64,000 nt of DNA from Eledone cirrhosa (Eukaryota). Location of the stretch: assembly GCA_964016885.1 (NCBI GenBank), contig OZ024745.1:17112001-17176000 (forward strand). Reading direction: 5' to 3'. The notes under the pieces were generated by a model, which saw nothing but the letters and a program-made list of their open reading frames with translations, was not told the origin of the DNA and made no database searches. The position numbers and the translations under genes are program-made. Below are positions 16,143-31,033 of the stretch, piece after piece; positions within the stretch are counted from its first letter, which is position 1; each line of letters begins with the position of its first letter.

Positions 16143-18729
16143 CATGCTTGTTTACGAAGTACGTATGTATGTTTGTATGTATGGGTGTATATATCTATGT
16201 ACGTATCCATATATGCAGGTACGCATGCATATATATATATATATATTTATGTGTGTGTTTGAAATTACGCATGTTTGTATGTAAGAACACATATGTGTAT
16301 ATGTACGTGGCCAACGTTTGTTTACAGATGTATTTTTCAAACACCTAAGGAAAGCTCTTAATTATGTAAATGCTTCCAACATCATGTTTTGCAAGCAATT
16401 ATAGTCGAATGTATAATTTAAGAACCAAACAATTTTATCTAACCCTGATTGTTACGAAATAATTTCAAGGAAGTGTGTAATTAGAATGTTATCCCTTCCC
16501 TTATTTCATTGCATCTCATAAAGAATATCCAGTATCTGCTGTTACAATCGCTACTGACATTACTGATTTTGTTAGTTCTGTTGTACTTCCTCAAACGTTT
16601 CTGCTGTGCACACATATTCCATAAGAGATGATCTGTTACAACGTAAAAAACCATTTGTTTTTAATGAAGATAATTGTATCCTTATATACGAGGTTAATCT
16701 CAGCAGCATCTGTTTTCATATAACTACACCGATGTTTCTTTAAAAAGAGTATTGGTAAATATATTATGGTTTGAATGTGTATTCGTAAATCTCCCAGATG
16801 TTCATATCTTCTAATATAAATGACATTTCCCTGTGTAAATCATGAGGAGAATATATTTTATATTGGAATATGTTGAAACAGGTGCAGAGATGAAATTCAG
16901 CGCGTTACTACTAGAGTGTTGGGTAACATAGTACGTGGGTTGACTGCAAATGACATATTTTATTAATATAAATCTGTTTATGTTGAGAATATATTTTTGT
17001 TATTAAATTCCAGATCAAATAATAAACAAAATTAGTGATTGTTAAATAGAATTAGAAGTGAATGATCCAAATACCTGCACTTAACTATTTCTTTAACAAC
17101 TTTCTGCTATGTTTCATGTAGTCGTGAAATGAAAGTTTTAACTAGTCTGAGAAATGAAATGGCAGGAAAAGCAATAGAAATAATATTTCAGTAATATCAG
17201 TAAGTAATATACGAGGTAATACAATATGAGGAGAATTATAGCAGCTGAAAGGGACAAAATCTGAGATGAATACAGCATTTACAGAATTATGAGCTTTACA
17301 TTCTCGGGTGTGTAGTACATATTATAAAATGTCATGAAGGTATAATGGAAATTAAATATATATCTTGCTCCGGACGTTTTTGCCGAAACCACAATTAGCC
17401 TTTCCAGCTCATGATGAAATTAATGAAAATGTCTACACGTTGACGCTCAGTATCGGTGCGAAAATACTGGCAAGCGCCAACAACAGACCGTATTCTTTGA
17501 TGTGATGAAATAATGAAATATGCAATTATCTTGAATGGAAAGGATTGATTAATCAACAAGAACTTCACTGTTGGGATGTTTCCACAATGAGTGTGATTTA
17601 AAGTTAACAAAATAATATAGTTATCCTTATTTTCTATTCTCTCGGCCATGACCATGGGGCGGCTAGCAATTGCAAATAGTAGTGAGAGATTGGGAGATCG
17701 AGAGAGACGGTGGCAATGAGGGAAAGGGTGAGAACACCAACGCACACACGTACTTTATAAGTCATATAATTTGTCATAATCATTAGTACGTTTGAGATGA
17801 AACCTCCTAACAGGGTTATATATATGTTGAATATTAATGGTACCCACCGTTATTATAGCTGACCAATTTATGTAATTCCACACAATGAGCAACTGAATAA
17901 AGGCAACAAGCTTCCTTTGTTTGATTTCGAAGGAATCCATAATAGATTTGAGATCAATGTTCTAGCCTATTGACCGCATACAGAATAGTTCTTTGATCCT
18001 GAATCAGATAGATTGGAATTGCCCAGTAGCTACACAATAACAGCAACAACAAGATCAAATGAACAATGACATGAAATAAACATGTTACACGTAGTCACCA
18101 TCAATTTCAACTTTATGTAAAATCCTACAAATTTATGAATAAAGATACTCCTCTCCTGACTAAGGCTAAATGAAATACACATTATAAACGAGTTAGTTAA
18201 ATTCATATCAATGGCTATAATGTCATAGAGCTCGGTATATATCATAGAGACATGACATTCTAATACACACGTTTATATGCAAACACAAGAAAACATTACT
18301 CATTATAATAAATAGAATGAAATAATTTACCATTACTTAAACATTGTAACCGTAACTTTTGGTTCATCATGCATTTTATAAATACAAGTTTGATTCTATT
18401 ATAGAGTATTTCATTATTGTTCGGTGCTAAAGGTTGTCAAATATCAGCAAAGGTGAACATTCCATCTTATGCTCTGGTTAAGAACTAAGTCTATATAAAT
18501 GTTATACCTGAAAATTCCGTCGTTCCACTTGTTTATCTTTAGAACACACTTTACACGCTGGGTTTGAGAATTTTCAAAATGAATCAGTGTTTGTGTAATT
18601 CTGATTTACGATTCAACTTATTTTCATTGTTGAACAATAAATACTTTCCTAGATGAGGGAGATAGACAAATATATTCTTGTATCCTACATTTATTCAAAG
18701 TCTAGACATCTCCCATCACAACTGAATCA

Positions 18730-18980
18730 TGATGGACTCGACAGTGGTGATGTTAAGTGTGGGTGTATGACAGCTCACACCTATGCAGGTTTAGCTGGCC
18801 TCCTCCAAGGTATATCTAGTTGGAGGTGTCTTGGGTGATTTAATGACAAGGACCCCAGTCCTATGATCTCATTTCTACAGCTGAGTAAACTGGTACAACG
18901 TGAAATAAAGTGTCTTGCTCAAGGATACAACACATCACCCGGTTCGAGAATTGAACTCAACACTTTTCGATTGCAAGCCC
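18730..18980 (-). mobile_element. CORE-like tRNA-derived SINE
   Basis: CTACAGCTGAGTAAACTGG...GTCTTGCTCAAGG...CTCTAACCACTAAGCC resembles the reverse of a tRNA head plus CORE domain. Confidence 0.6.
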
Positions 18981-20168
18981 AATGCTCTAACCACTAAGCC
19001 GGACAGGAAAACCTTCAACAGTCGTGCAGCCTAAATGTCTTATATTGGATGCCTTGCGTGTTGCTATAAGTTATCCACCTCCAACCTTGGCGCTTCGGAT
19101 ACAAACCCAGGCATTGATACTGCAACATGAAATAGAGGAAAATCGCCAAATATCGGATCTACCTACACCTTCCATTTCGTGCTAGTCATTGTCAAGTCCT
19201 CTGATGTACACGGGCTACGAAGAGCGGTTTTCTACCACAAAATAAGGAGCTGGGAATTCGCTCTGAGGAAGGAGACCCAGAGGGTGGGGTGACTCCTGGA
19301 CTATGGGTCGCTGTCTGTTCTCTACAGGTATGATTTCACCATCCGCTCCCTTCCACCATTCTTTCAGTTTTGTTATTTAATTGTTTTCTCTTTCATTTAA
19401 TGTAATAATTCCAAATTTATAACCCAACTGAAATTAGTTGAATAATATATGCCATTATATGCCCAAAATTACATGTTTGCTTTTAAACTTCAAATATAAA
19501 TGTTCAAAATATACATGCTCTTCTCAATGGAGGATTACAGTTATTTTTATGATGGTTATATCGACAATTTGGTAAATCTCATATATAATATTGTTTACAT
19601 AATTATATGTTTTACACATACATGATATTCATGACAAAACGATTTTAGTTTCTTTTCAATAAAAATTATACATAATCTATGTTGTACATAAGTATTGTTT
19701 AATGAAATATGTTTTGTATTTGTTAAAAAAAGAATTTAACATTTATGAAACATGAATTCTTACTAATTACAATCCAGATTTATCTACTACTGTATTAAGA
19801 TCTGAAAATATAATTCTATACTAATCGCATTTTTGTAAAATTCTTAATGTAAAAGGTTATATTCTGTTGTTCCTTTTAAAGACAATACGCCATTTTCCAA
19901 TACATTATAATTTTAATGAAATAATTGCATGAACTATATGAAATAAATTGAAAATATTCCATTACCTTTATCAATTTAGTATGGCATTTTTACAATCATT
20001 TGTTTTATTGAATATGGATAATTGAATATGTTGATAGATTTCCATTACTGCGTACAGCTGATGGCATTTTAACTATTTTTTCATGAAAAAATTCGAACAT
20101 TTCATCCTCTATTTATATGCATATATATATATATATATATATATGCATACAAGCACACACATACATAA

Positions 20169-20261
<93 letters not shown>

Positions 20262-20387
20262 AAGTTTTATTTAAATTGTTGGGTTACAACGAGTAAATAT
20301 TTATAACTGATATAAAAGCACTCAACAAGTATTTGGAGTATATTTACGATATTAAATAAATGGAAACTATATTTATAAAACCATATT

Positions 20388-20453
20388 TATTTCATTATAT
20401 ATATTTCAGGGATATCATATTAAAAATATGGTATGCCTTCATCAGACAAAATA
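20388..20453 (-). ncRNA. pLTR hammerhead ribozyme
   Basis: TATTTTGT-CTGATGA-AGG...CCT-GAAA-TATATA-TA-ATGAAATA. Confidence 0.8.
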
Positions 20454-20714
20454 CAATATAAACAGTCTTATAAATAGATAGATTTGACATACCTTACAAC
20501 TTCAACTTCCATTTATAAAGTTGATTTGGTAGTGAAAAATGTTAGGGACAGTTATAAAAAGAAAGAAAGAAAGAAAGCGAAGAAAAAGAAGAAATGCATG
20601 CAACGAAAAACAGAGAGAGATAGATATAGAGAGATAGATAGAGAGATAGATAGAGAGAAGAAATTCATGTAAAGAAAAAACAGAGAGAGATAGATAGAGA
20701 GAGAAAAAAAACAG

Positions 20715-20745
<31 letters not shown>

Positions 20746-21119
20746 AGAGAGAGAGAGTAAAAATAGAGAGAGATAGATATAGATAGAGATAGAGAGAAAG
20801 AAAATAGGTAGTTGGGCACCAGTTGAATGACGTATCAATGATATATTTATTTATTTATTTATTTAGTTCTAGTATTAAGGTAGAGAGAGATATATGTGGT
20901 TAGGAGAGAAAACAGCCGTTACATAGAGAGAAAAGAAAAATATCCAGAGATAAACGAGGCAGATTTAAAACATTATGTTTCATCAATCTAAAAATATCAA
21001 TTCGTATGAATTAGGTATTATAATGTAAATATCAGTATTCATGAATGAGACACGTATCAATAATGTGTGAAAAATAATGATCATATGTCTAGTTTAAAAT
21101 TCCTAGGTTTATAATCAGA

Positions 21120-21215
21120 ACTGAGTTAAAAAACTGAGATAAAAAAACTGAGATAAAAAAACTGAGATAAAAAAACTGAGATAAAAAAACTGAGATAAAA
21201 AACTGAGATAAAAAC
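21120..21215. repeat. (ACTGAGATAAAAAA)n minisatellite within PLE copy A
   Basis: About 7 units of 12-14 bp; absent from the equivalent position in copy B (about 35620). Confidence 0.85.
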
Positions 21216-23199
21216 TTCAAAAAAATTGAAATACATAAGTATATATGCACTTTCATGAAAAAAGAAAAAGAAAATAGAAGGTTATCCCAGATTCGATACT
21301 ATAGACGTCCATGTGAATTTACGTGATCAACTCTGCAAATTCCTATTTCACATGAAAACATTCTCATTGTGCTATAAAAATTCTAGTAATCATATATGTG
21401 TACATACACACATATATATATAGAATCTACATTAATTTTAACAATACTATTCTTGTCTTTACTCTACATGATTATCGTTCAAGCATAAATAGACAACAGA
21501 TATCAATATATCAATAAAAATATTAAAAAATTAAAAAATATTAAAAATAAAACACAGTATGCCCCGCAAATCAACCACAGAAATCAACCCTTCACAATTA
21601 ATTGACAATATATTGCCAAGTTCATTATAATCATCAGAATCAAAAGCAAACAAAACCAAAATTATTTACCAAATCCTGTCTAGCAGAAATCATTCCAAAA
21701 GTTTAGGATAACCATTTGATCTACAGATGGTCTTATATTTATTATAGAAGTTTATCTAGTGTAAAATTTATTCGATATATTTGGAGCATCAGCTTTTAGG
21801 GTAGTTTAATTATTCATGAAGAATGTTTAGAAAAAAATAAATCGAAAGATTTATCGGCGAGTTTCATAAATAATTACAAATCATAAGTAAATATACTACA
21901 TTTTAAATTTATATTTATATTTAAAAGTTGAGTTCAATCTATGTCTGCATCAACTGAATAAATTTGTCCGTAAATTAAGGGAATTTTTAGATTTTAGTAT
22001 AAAGAATATCTCCTCCGCGCAGAGGTCACATGTCTCAGAGGATGAATTAAAAGGAATCCCTCTTGAGACTATATTCCAAGCCGTCGAATTTCCAACGTTA
22101 TCATGCTTAAGTTGCCAGAGTAAGACTGATACTGATGTTGAAGATTTTTTGCTTGGATCTGTGAAAGAATTCTTGTGGTTATTATAGCGAAGTTTAAATT
22201 CTGTCGAGGTGGAACCAACATAGTTAAAAGAATTTAAGTCCGTTTTAACATTACAGTTGTATATTATATTTTTAACTAAGCAATTGTTATTTAACGGACA
22301 TTTAGATCTATCTCTACAGTTACATTTGTTTACTTGGATATTATTTATGCTATTATCGGTATTTTGGCTAGGTTTTAAATTCCTATTATTTATTCTATTA
22401 ATATTTTGTGCTAAATTTTTGGTGGATGAGTAAGTTAATTTTATAGTATGTCTATTGAAAATTGAGTGATACTTATGTGTTCTAGGGAAGCGATTATCAA
22501 GAGCATTAAAAAATAGTTTAGCGATGTGGGTTTTAATGTTTAGTGAGAAGGGGGGGGGGGGGGCAAACCATATTATATTCCTAGTTCTATTTCTTTTTTG
22601 GCTTTTGGAATTATTGTAATGCTTTCTATTATAGTTGTTAAAGTTGTTGCCGTAATTAAAATTGTTGTTATTTTGGTTAGTTTGTCTATTATTATCTATG
22701 TACATAATTTTATCACTATATCCTGCTCTAGCTAATGCTTCATTGTAATACTGGGCTTTTTCGTCGAAAATCAGTTTTTTTATCTCAGTTTTTATCTCAG
22801 TTTTTTTACCTCAGTTTTTTTAGCTCACTTCTGATTATAAACCTAGGAATTATAAACTAGACATATGATCATTATTTTTCACACATTATTGATACGTGTC
22901 TCATTCATGAATACTGATATTTACATTATAATACCTAATTCATACGTATTGATATTTTTAGATTGATGAAACATAATGTTTTAAATCTGCCTCGTTTATC
23001 TCTGGATATTTTTCTTTTCTCTCTATGTAACGGCTGTTTTCTCTCCTAACCACATATATCTCTCTCTACCTTAATACTAGAACTAAATAAATAAATAAAT
23101 AAATATATCATTGATACGTCATTCAACTGGTGCCCAACTACCTATTTTCTTTCTCTCTATCTCTATCTATATCTATCTCTCTCTATTTTTTCTCTCTCT

Positions 23200-23260
<61 letters not shown>

Positions 23261-23512
23261 CCCTCTGTTTTTTTCTCTCTCTATATATCTCTCTCTGTTT
23301 TTTCTTTACATGAATTTCTTCTCTCTATCTATCTCTCTATATCTCTCTCTCTCTGTTTTTCGTTGCATGCATTTCTTCTTTTTCTTCGCTTTCTTTCTTT
23401 CTTTCTTTTTATAACTGTCCCTAACATTTTTCACTACCAAATCAACTTTTTAAATGGAAGTTGAAGTTGTAAGGTATGTCAAATCTATCTATTTATAAGA
23501 CTGTTTATGCTG

Positions 23513-23578
23513 TATTTTGTCTGATGAAGGCATACCATATTTTTAATATGATATCCCTGAAATATATATAATGAAATA
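23513..23578 (+). ncRNA. pLTR hammerhead ribozyme (inverted arm of copy A)
   Basis: CTGATGA at 23521, GAAA at 23559; stem I TATTTTGT/ATGAAATA. Confidence 0.8.
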
Positions 23579-23618
23579 AATATGGTTTTATAAATATAGT
23601 TTCCATTTATTTAATATC

Positions 23619-23666
<48 letters not shown>

Positions 23667-23670
<4 letters not shown>

Positions 23671-23954
23671 AAATATGTGAGATCCTTGCTACAGTTAGGT
23701 ATATTTGAAAAAAAGGAAAATAATGACTTCAGTTGTAGTTCTAAACAAATTGATGTAATATTATAATATTATAATACTATGAGTTGGTAGATCTTGTTTC
23801 GGTGCTGCACTAAGCGCGGTGATTAGTGCTTTTTCAGTAGCGTGGCGGCGACGAAACTAGATCTGCCAACTCATAATATTATAATATTATAAAATTAAAT
23901 CAATTTGTTTAGAACTACGAGTGAAGTCATTCTCTTCCTTTTTTTCAAATATAT
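23667..23954. mobile_element. TA-flanked fold-back element (hairpin 23700-23954 plus 33-bp unique left tail)
   Basis: Roughly 100-bp arms around GTTTCG...CGAAAC. Confidence 0.75.
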
Positions 23955-23970
23955 ATATATATATATATAT

Positions 23971-24256
23971 GACAAGTAAGTATGTTCTGAAACAGTGAGC
24001 AGGTTTGAAATTAGAAAATAGAATAGCTTTCACCGTATTTTTGACAAAGGACATTTTAGCCTGATAATGGGGTTTAGAACCCTCAGATAAATGGGAAAAG
24101 ATGTGTATTGACGTACCAATACTCATCTTTTTCCATTTATCTGAGGGTTCTAAACCCCATTATCAGGCTAAAATTTCTTTAGTCAAAAATACGGTAAAAG
24201 CTATTCTATTTTCTAATTTAAAACCTGCTCACTCTTTCAAAACATACTTACTTGTC
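23971..24256. mobile_element. TA-flanked ~285-bp palindromic element
   Basis: GACAAGTAAGTATGTT...AACATACTTACTTGTC; arms pair almost to the centre (about 24113). Confidence 0.8.
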
Positions 24257-24267
24257 ATATATATATA

Positions 24268-24400
24268 GGAACAAGTAAGACCCCGACGGCTGAGCTCAGC
24301 CGTCGGGGTCTTACTTGTTCCTATTACCCACTCTACTACCCTAAGTATTGAGTACTTTGGTGCGTTATGGTCCACCTGGTTCCTTACCATATTTCCTTCG

Positions 24401-24401
<1 letters not shown>
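24268..24401 (+). mobile_element. Fold-back mini-element copy 2 (centre collapsed at GAGCTC)
   Basis: Same termini and tail as 1577-1768; palindrome 24268-24321. Confidence 0.85.
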
Positions 24402-24467
<66 letters not shown>

Positions 24468-25837
24468 CTGAAGGGGAGGAGAGAAGGGGAGAGAGAGAAA
24501 TATATTTAAAATCGGAAAGTCCTATTTGGTTGAGGCACATCATATCCAATGAGGATAAAGGATTATATTTTAGAAACGACGGTATAGTTCACCCGAAGCT
24601 AAACAACATTGGTATTGCGAAAATTTGAAGATAGATAACCTTGGATTTAGGAGAAAGGAAATAATTAATTTGAGGTATGTAATAATATGAATAATGTTTG
24701 CAGATATAAAAGGAACATAATTGATATATCCTATGGCATACTTGCTTTCACTTGACATTTGACTTATAACTTTGAATGAAAAGACTCCATAAATATGTCT
24801 TCATCTATTGAATACTCAAAATAAATACATATTTCGTATCATATATACAACAATAAACTTCAGTAGTGGTTGTTAGCCACGATTACATTTCAGATACAAT
24901 CTGCCATGATTAGTGTAAAATCACATCACGGGAAAACATATAATCTATTGGAAGATATTTCTAAGTATACTATTTCGAATATGCTACGATTTCTAAATAC
25001 AAAATGATGAACACATGTTATGCAAATGATGATCTAACTTGAAGCATATATTTACCAAATGATTTCTGCATGATATTTCATATTTTGTGCGGTAATATGA
25101 CGGGAAGGAAACAAAGGTTTTAACCAAGGAGAAAAAAATATATATCTGTAGATAAAACTGGCAGCAATACAAACATGCCAAATGCATGTTGTCGAAGTAA
25201 AAACAGATTATTATAGCACTAAATCATTTAATAATTAAATTTGATGTATTACTTTAAGAAAGCATGTTGGTAATTATATACAAGTAAATATAATTACAAG
25301 TTAATAAACATAATTATTACATCTGATATATAAAATTATGGCAATTAAACATTAGCAACAATAATGAGCGTAGATATAAACTACAAAAAATAGATAGATC
25401 AATGGAATATGGAAATATATCTAGTACTGTATACTACTATGAAGTATTGTTGTCAATGAGACAGAAATAGGTGGACAAACAAGAAGACTTGCGAATGTTG
25501 TGTGTATGTTTTGTTTACACGTACGCTTTGAAATAACGACTGTCTTTGTTACTAAAGTCTTAGGCCTTATTAAAACCATCAGTATAATCATAGGTAGATG
25601 ACACCTATGTAAAAGACTGTAGCTTGAAATGAATCTATAAAATGAAAGAGCCAGTGTTGTGAAAGTTTCGGTACAATGAATATATGGTAGAATCATGTTT
25701 AGGGTACAAGTGATAGATGAAAACTCTGTCACTTAAATATTAATCTAACGAGAAAGGGTGGGTTCAAGATGAAGGTGTGATGCTAGTACGGTGGAATTTT
25801 GCATGCATTAATTTCAACTGTTATTGTAATTAATAAC

Positions 25838-26030
25838 AGGGCGGTGGATTGGCAGTATCGGTAGAAGGTCAGACACCATGCTTTCCAGCATAGTTACGTC
25901 CCTTTACGATCTGAGTTCAAATCCCGCCGAGGTTGACTTTGCCTTTCATACTTACGGGGTCGATAAAATAAAGTACCAGTAATGCACTAGGTGATTGCTG
26001 GCCTTGTGCCTAAAGTAGAAACAGTTATTG
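25838..26030 (+). mobile_element. Full-length tRNA-derived SINE
   Basis: A-box-like TGGCAGTATCGG, B-box-like GAGTTCAAATCC, conserved body. Confidence 0.85.
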
Positions 26031-26228
26031 TAATTAATAACTACATGTTTCATTCCGTAAAAAATAAAAAATAGTGCGTCGACAAATTGCTGAGAAATAC
26101 ATGTCTTTTATGGGTACACCACATCCAGTAAATTTCCTTCATCACATTTGTTTAGCATTATATCAATATGACAATAGGCTCTTTAGAACGATATTCATTA
26201 CACCTCACAAAACAAAATAACATATAGC

Positions 26229-27268
<1,040 letters not shown>

Positions 27269-27343
27269 ATAAATAAGAAAAGATGAAATCGAAAATTCAA
27301 CTGGAGTCTTATTTAAAAAATATATATATATATTTATTTGGTT

Positions 27344-27381
27344 CCTTTACCGGTTTCGCAGTTCTTCTGCTTTTCAAAAGT
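27344..27381 (-). ncRNA. Degenerate hammerhead
   Basis: CTT-TTGAAAA-GCAG(AAGAA)CTGC-GAAACCGGTA-AAGG; two core substitutions. Confidence 0.45.
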
Positions 27382-27918
27382 AGAGTTGAGATGGAGGCTC
27401 TGTGGTTTTTCTCACATCTGGTTGGTCTTTGTATGTTACTTGTTTTATATGGAAAAAAGTGGCTCGAAAAGCCAGGTTTTTAGAGAAGTAATTTGATTGG
27501 TTGGTCAATAATTATAATAAATTTCGCGCCAGTTCGCGTTACAAAGTTCTTCAAACAAGGGGAGGGGGGGGCTCAGGTTGTTTTTTATGAGTGTTTCAAT
27601 TTCTTTTTAATTAAAAAAAGGGACTCATGAAGGCCTTTTTTATAAATGTAATTTGATTGGTTATAAATGAAATTTTTTACAGTCACGTGAAGAAGTTCAT
27701 TAAATTTCCCGCCCGTATTTGGGAATTTATTTTGTAGCCTTTTAGAGAATTTTATGACAAACATAAGATAATGGTCAAGAGAAATGGGATGGGAGAATTT
27801 TTCTGGTTCACTGAATATAGCAGGTTGTGTTTTCATATATGAGTGAAGTTTGGTTGGTTGATGTAGTCACGTGACTAAGTATATCAGCTTTCGCGTAAGT
27901 TTGTTTGAATTTCTTTTT

Positions 27919-27954
<36 letters not shown>

Positions 27955-27955
<1 letters not shown>

Positions 27956-28067
27956 GAATGTATAACATAACATTAAAACGATGCAGTATAATGAATATAC
28001 TGCATCGGTTTAATGTTATGTTATACATTCGTATATATATGCATTAGTTTAACATTACATATAGTAG

Positions 28068-28070
<3 letters not shown>
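27955..28070. repeat. Short TA-flanked palindrome (27955-28031) plus tail
   Basis: CGAATGTATAACATAACATTAAA...TTTAATGTTATGTTATACATTCG. Confidence 0.8.
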
Positions 28071-28119
<49 letters not shown>

Positions 28120-28393
28120 CGCAATAACGGTTGCCTAAATTCAAGGTGTGAGCTCGTCTCACGTTGTTCACACGTCTTGAAACACCTCTTGAATAATTAC
28201 AAACTCCAGATTGAATAACATCAACATTGTAATATTCTGATCAACTTGAATAATATATTCCGAACATTCGCAGTTATCTCCCGTTCAACTTGCGACCATG
28301 GGATTATATCGCCTTGGAGAAGTGGCCGTTTCTGCGCATGCCTATTGATACGGTTGTTTTTCCTTTTCCGTACAACTTCACTCAGACTCAGAC

Positions 28394-28429
28394 GGAGCTG
28401 AAGATCCGCTTAAAGTGAAACAGTCTTCT
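28394..28429 (+). ncRNA. Degenerate hammerhead
   Basis: GGAG-CTGAAGA-...-GAAAC-A-GTC-TTCT; weak stem II. Confidence 0.45.
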
Positions 28430-28457
28430 CGGTATGGTGAACGAACTGTTGTGGAAC

Positions 28458-28499
<42 letters not shown>

Positions 28500-28714
28500 T
28501 CACTCACTCACTCTCTCTCTCTCCCCCCTCTCTATCTATATATATATCGCTTACTCTTGATCATTAGCAGCTTCTCTTACAACTAATACATGCGATACAC
28601 ACCCTTATATTAACATACTTTTACTCATAGCTTCGTACTTACACACACTCTTTTACTCGCATATACACACACATTTCTTCTTAGCTTCGTACGAACCTAT
28701 AAGAACCCCCCCCT

Positions 28715-28748
<34 letters not shown>

Positions 28749-28983
28749 AACACATGCTTATGCACGTGCTCAATATAACTCTTTTGACAAAACGTTTTAT
28801 TTTTCTATTTCAGGTAGACGCGCTCCATCATCCACTTTTCTAAAAAACAAATCATACACAAAACGCCAGCACCAACAGTTTTGCAAGAGATGTCAACATG
28901 AATGGACCTGTTATTTTTATCTAAAGACATTTTTTTCAATTCCAAACCGCCCGTCCCCTCGATCTATTTTATTTCTCATTCTT

Positions 28984-29019
28984 TCTTCTGATGAAGGACT
29001 AGCGTCGGAAACGTTAAGA
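28984..29019 (+). ncRNA. Minimal hammerhead ribozyme
   Basis: TCTT-CTGATGA-AGGAC(TAGC)GTCG-GAAACGTT-AAGA. Confidence 0.7.
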
Positions 29020-29103
29020 CCCTCTTCCTGCTATATCAAGCGTTAACCTAATATATCCCTTCCATATACTGTACCGATTGTGTTGTTATTTCTGTTTACC
29101 TTT

Positions 29104-29135
<32 letters not shown>

Positions 29136-29756
29136 TGAAAATTATAGTTTATGTTATTATAGTGTTATTGTGACATCTATATTGCTTGTGTAAATTAACC
29201 GGAGATTATCTATTATATTATATTATATATTATATAATTATATAGTTGATTATATATTATATGTTTTACTTTTAATCATTTCATTACTTCATGTTATACT
29301 GTATATTATATATACGTATTATTTTGTATTTTTATTTTTATTCCTATTATGCTAATTTATATTTAAACTCTTAATAAGGTTTAATTTGTGCTGTTAATGA
29401 TGGAAATGTGTATTGATGTATATGTATATGTGCGTACGTGTGTGTATATATACATATGTATATTGTGCCTTTTAATTTTAATTTTAATTTTAATATTGTT
29501 ACAAGTATATTATATTATATTATATTGTATTACATATAGTACTATAATTCCCGCTCTATATAACCACCTTTGTTTAGCTCTAGCTTTTTTGCTTTGGACT
29601 ATATTTGTAATATGGTTCAAAATGTTATCCACCTCCTTAGTGATTTTTATTATATATTTTTACCCATAATCTTCCAATACTTTAGTGTATGTACACTCCA
29701 TATTCTTCGGAGTTTTCGGCTTGTATTGGCCGATAGTGCTTCTTGTAGTTTTAATT

Positions 29757-29794
29757 GCCCTGATGAGTCCTTAATAGGATGTAACATTGTTGGC
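29757..29794 (+). ncRNA. Degenerate hammerhead (GAAAC changed to GTAAC)
   Basis: GCC-CTGATGA-GTCCT(TAAT)AGGAT-GTAAC-ATT-GTT-GGC then TAATAAA. Confidence 0.6.
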
Positions 29795-29992
29795 TAATAA
29801 AGACTTTTGATGTATTGAAGGCTTCTTTGTTTTATTTTCATAATTCTTCGGCTGTGTTTAATTACATTGAGCTATACCTTTTACTGTCATTTCTATAATA
29901 CGAAGAGGATGTTTAACTCCAACACGCTCCAATATTTTAATCCTTATATATATATATATATAAGATCAAAAGATGGTTAAAATAGTTCCAAA

Positions 29993-30063
29993 TATTTTAT
30001 TATGCGCATTTCAAAAACAAATATCATCATGGGATGATATTTGCGTTCTCATCAGATTAAATA
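29993..30063 (-). ncRNA. Type I hammerhead ribozyme
   Basis: Minus strand TATTTAAT-CTGATGA-..CAAATATCATC/GATGATATTTG..-GAAA-TGCGCA-TA-ATAAAATA. Confidence 0.75.
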
Positions 30064-30188
30064 GGGAAACATGATATGAAGGTTTTTTTGATCTTATATT
30101 ATTTATACTCCAGTCCTATAAACTCTGGAGTGCTACTTATCCGATATTTGCATTGCTTTATTGTGCTACAATAAAACTCACCTCCTAG

Positions 30189-30548
<360 letters not shown>

Positions 30549-30988
30549 AAATAAGAAAAACTCATATGTATGTAAGCTAGTGAAATTGAATGGTGCAATA
30601 ACTTCGTAGTAAAACATCTTAATACTCACATGATTTCTGTTATCTTTCTTAAGATGTAAGTTCAAAAATCATGTCTTAGAGGATAACAGACAATGTATGG
30701 TATGACAAATTCTATAAGAGGCCGAAAGGAGAAGAATGGAATTAGATGTTGACTACATTAATTGGATGGTAATATAATGCTATAGAACATAATTATTCAA
30801 ACGAAATAGAAAGTCAATTCTGAATTAAGATGTTTCTCTTTTTTTTATGTAGCCATGAATAAAATACAATGTAACATGCGTTGGAAAATACCGAATAATG
30901 GTTGGTATTCATAGAAATGCATAGGTCAGAAATAATAAGGGTACACAGTCTGTGTGGGTTAAAATAGATAGATATATTCATACATAAA

Positions 30989-31033
<45 letters not shown>

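Larger units (their letters stand above)
20259..23621 (-). mobile_element. Penelope-like (Naiad-like) element copy A: 5'-truncated minus arm 20259-22772 plus inverted pLTR arm 22771-23621
   Basis: ORF fragment 21950-22705 is nearly identical to the C-terminus of the 740-aa ORF; 3' region is inverted-duplicated; (TA)n on both sides. Confidence 0.9.

Noticed and set aside
17395-17745. 116-aa minus-strand ORF in unique, slightly GC-richer sequence
   Set aside because: No recognisable domain or convincing splice structure; a regulatory or UTR role cannot be judged from sequence alone.
21120-21215. Regularly spaced short repeats as a possible CRISPR array
   Set aside because: No unique spacers, no cas genes, eukaryotic context.
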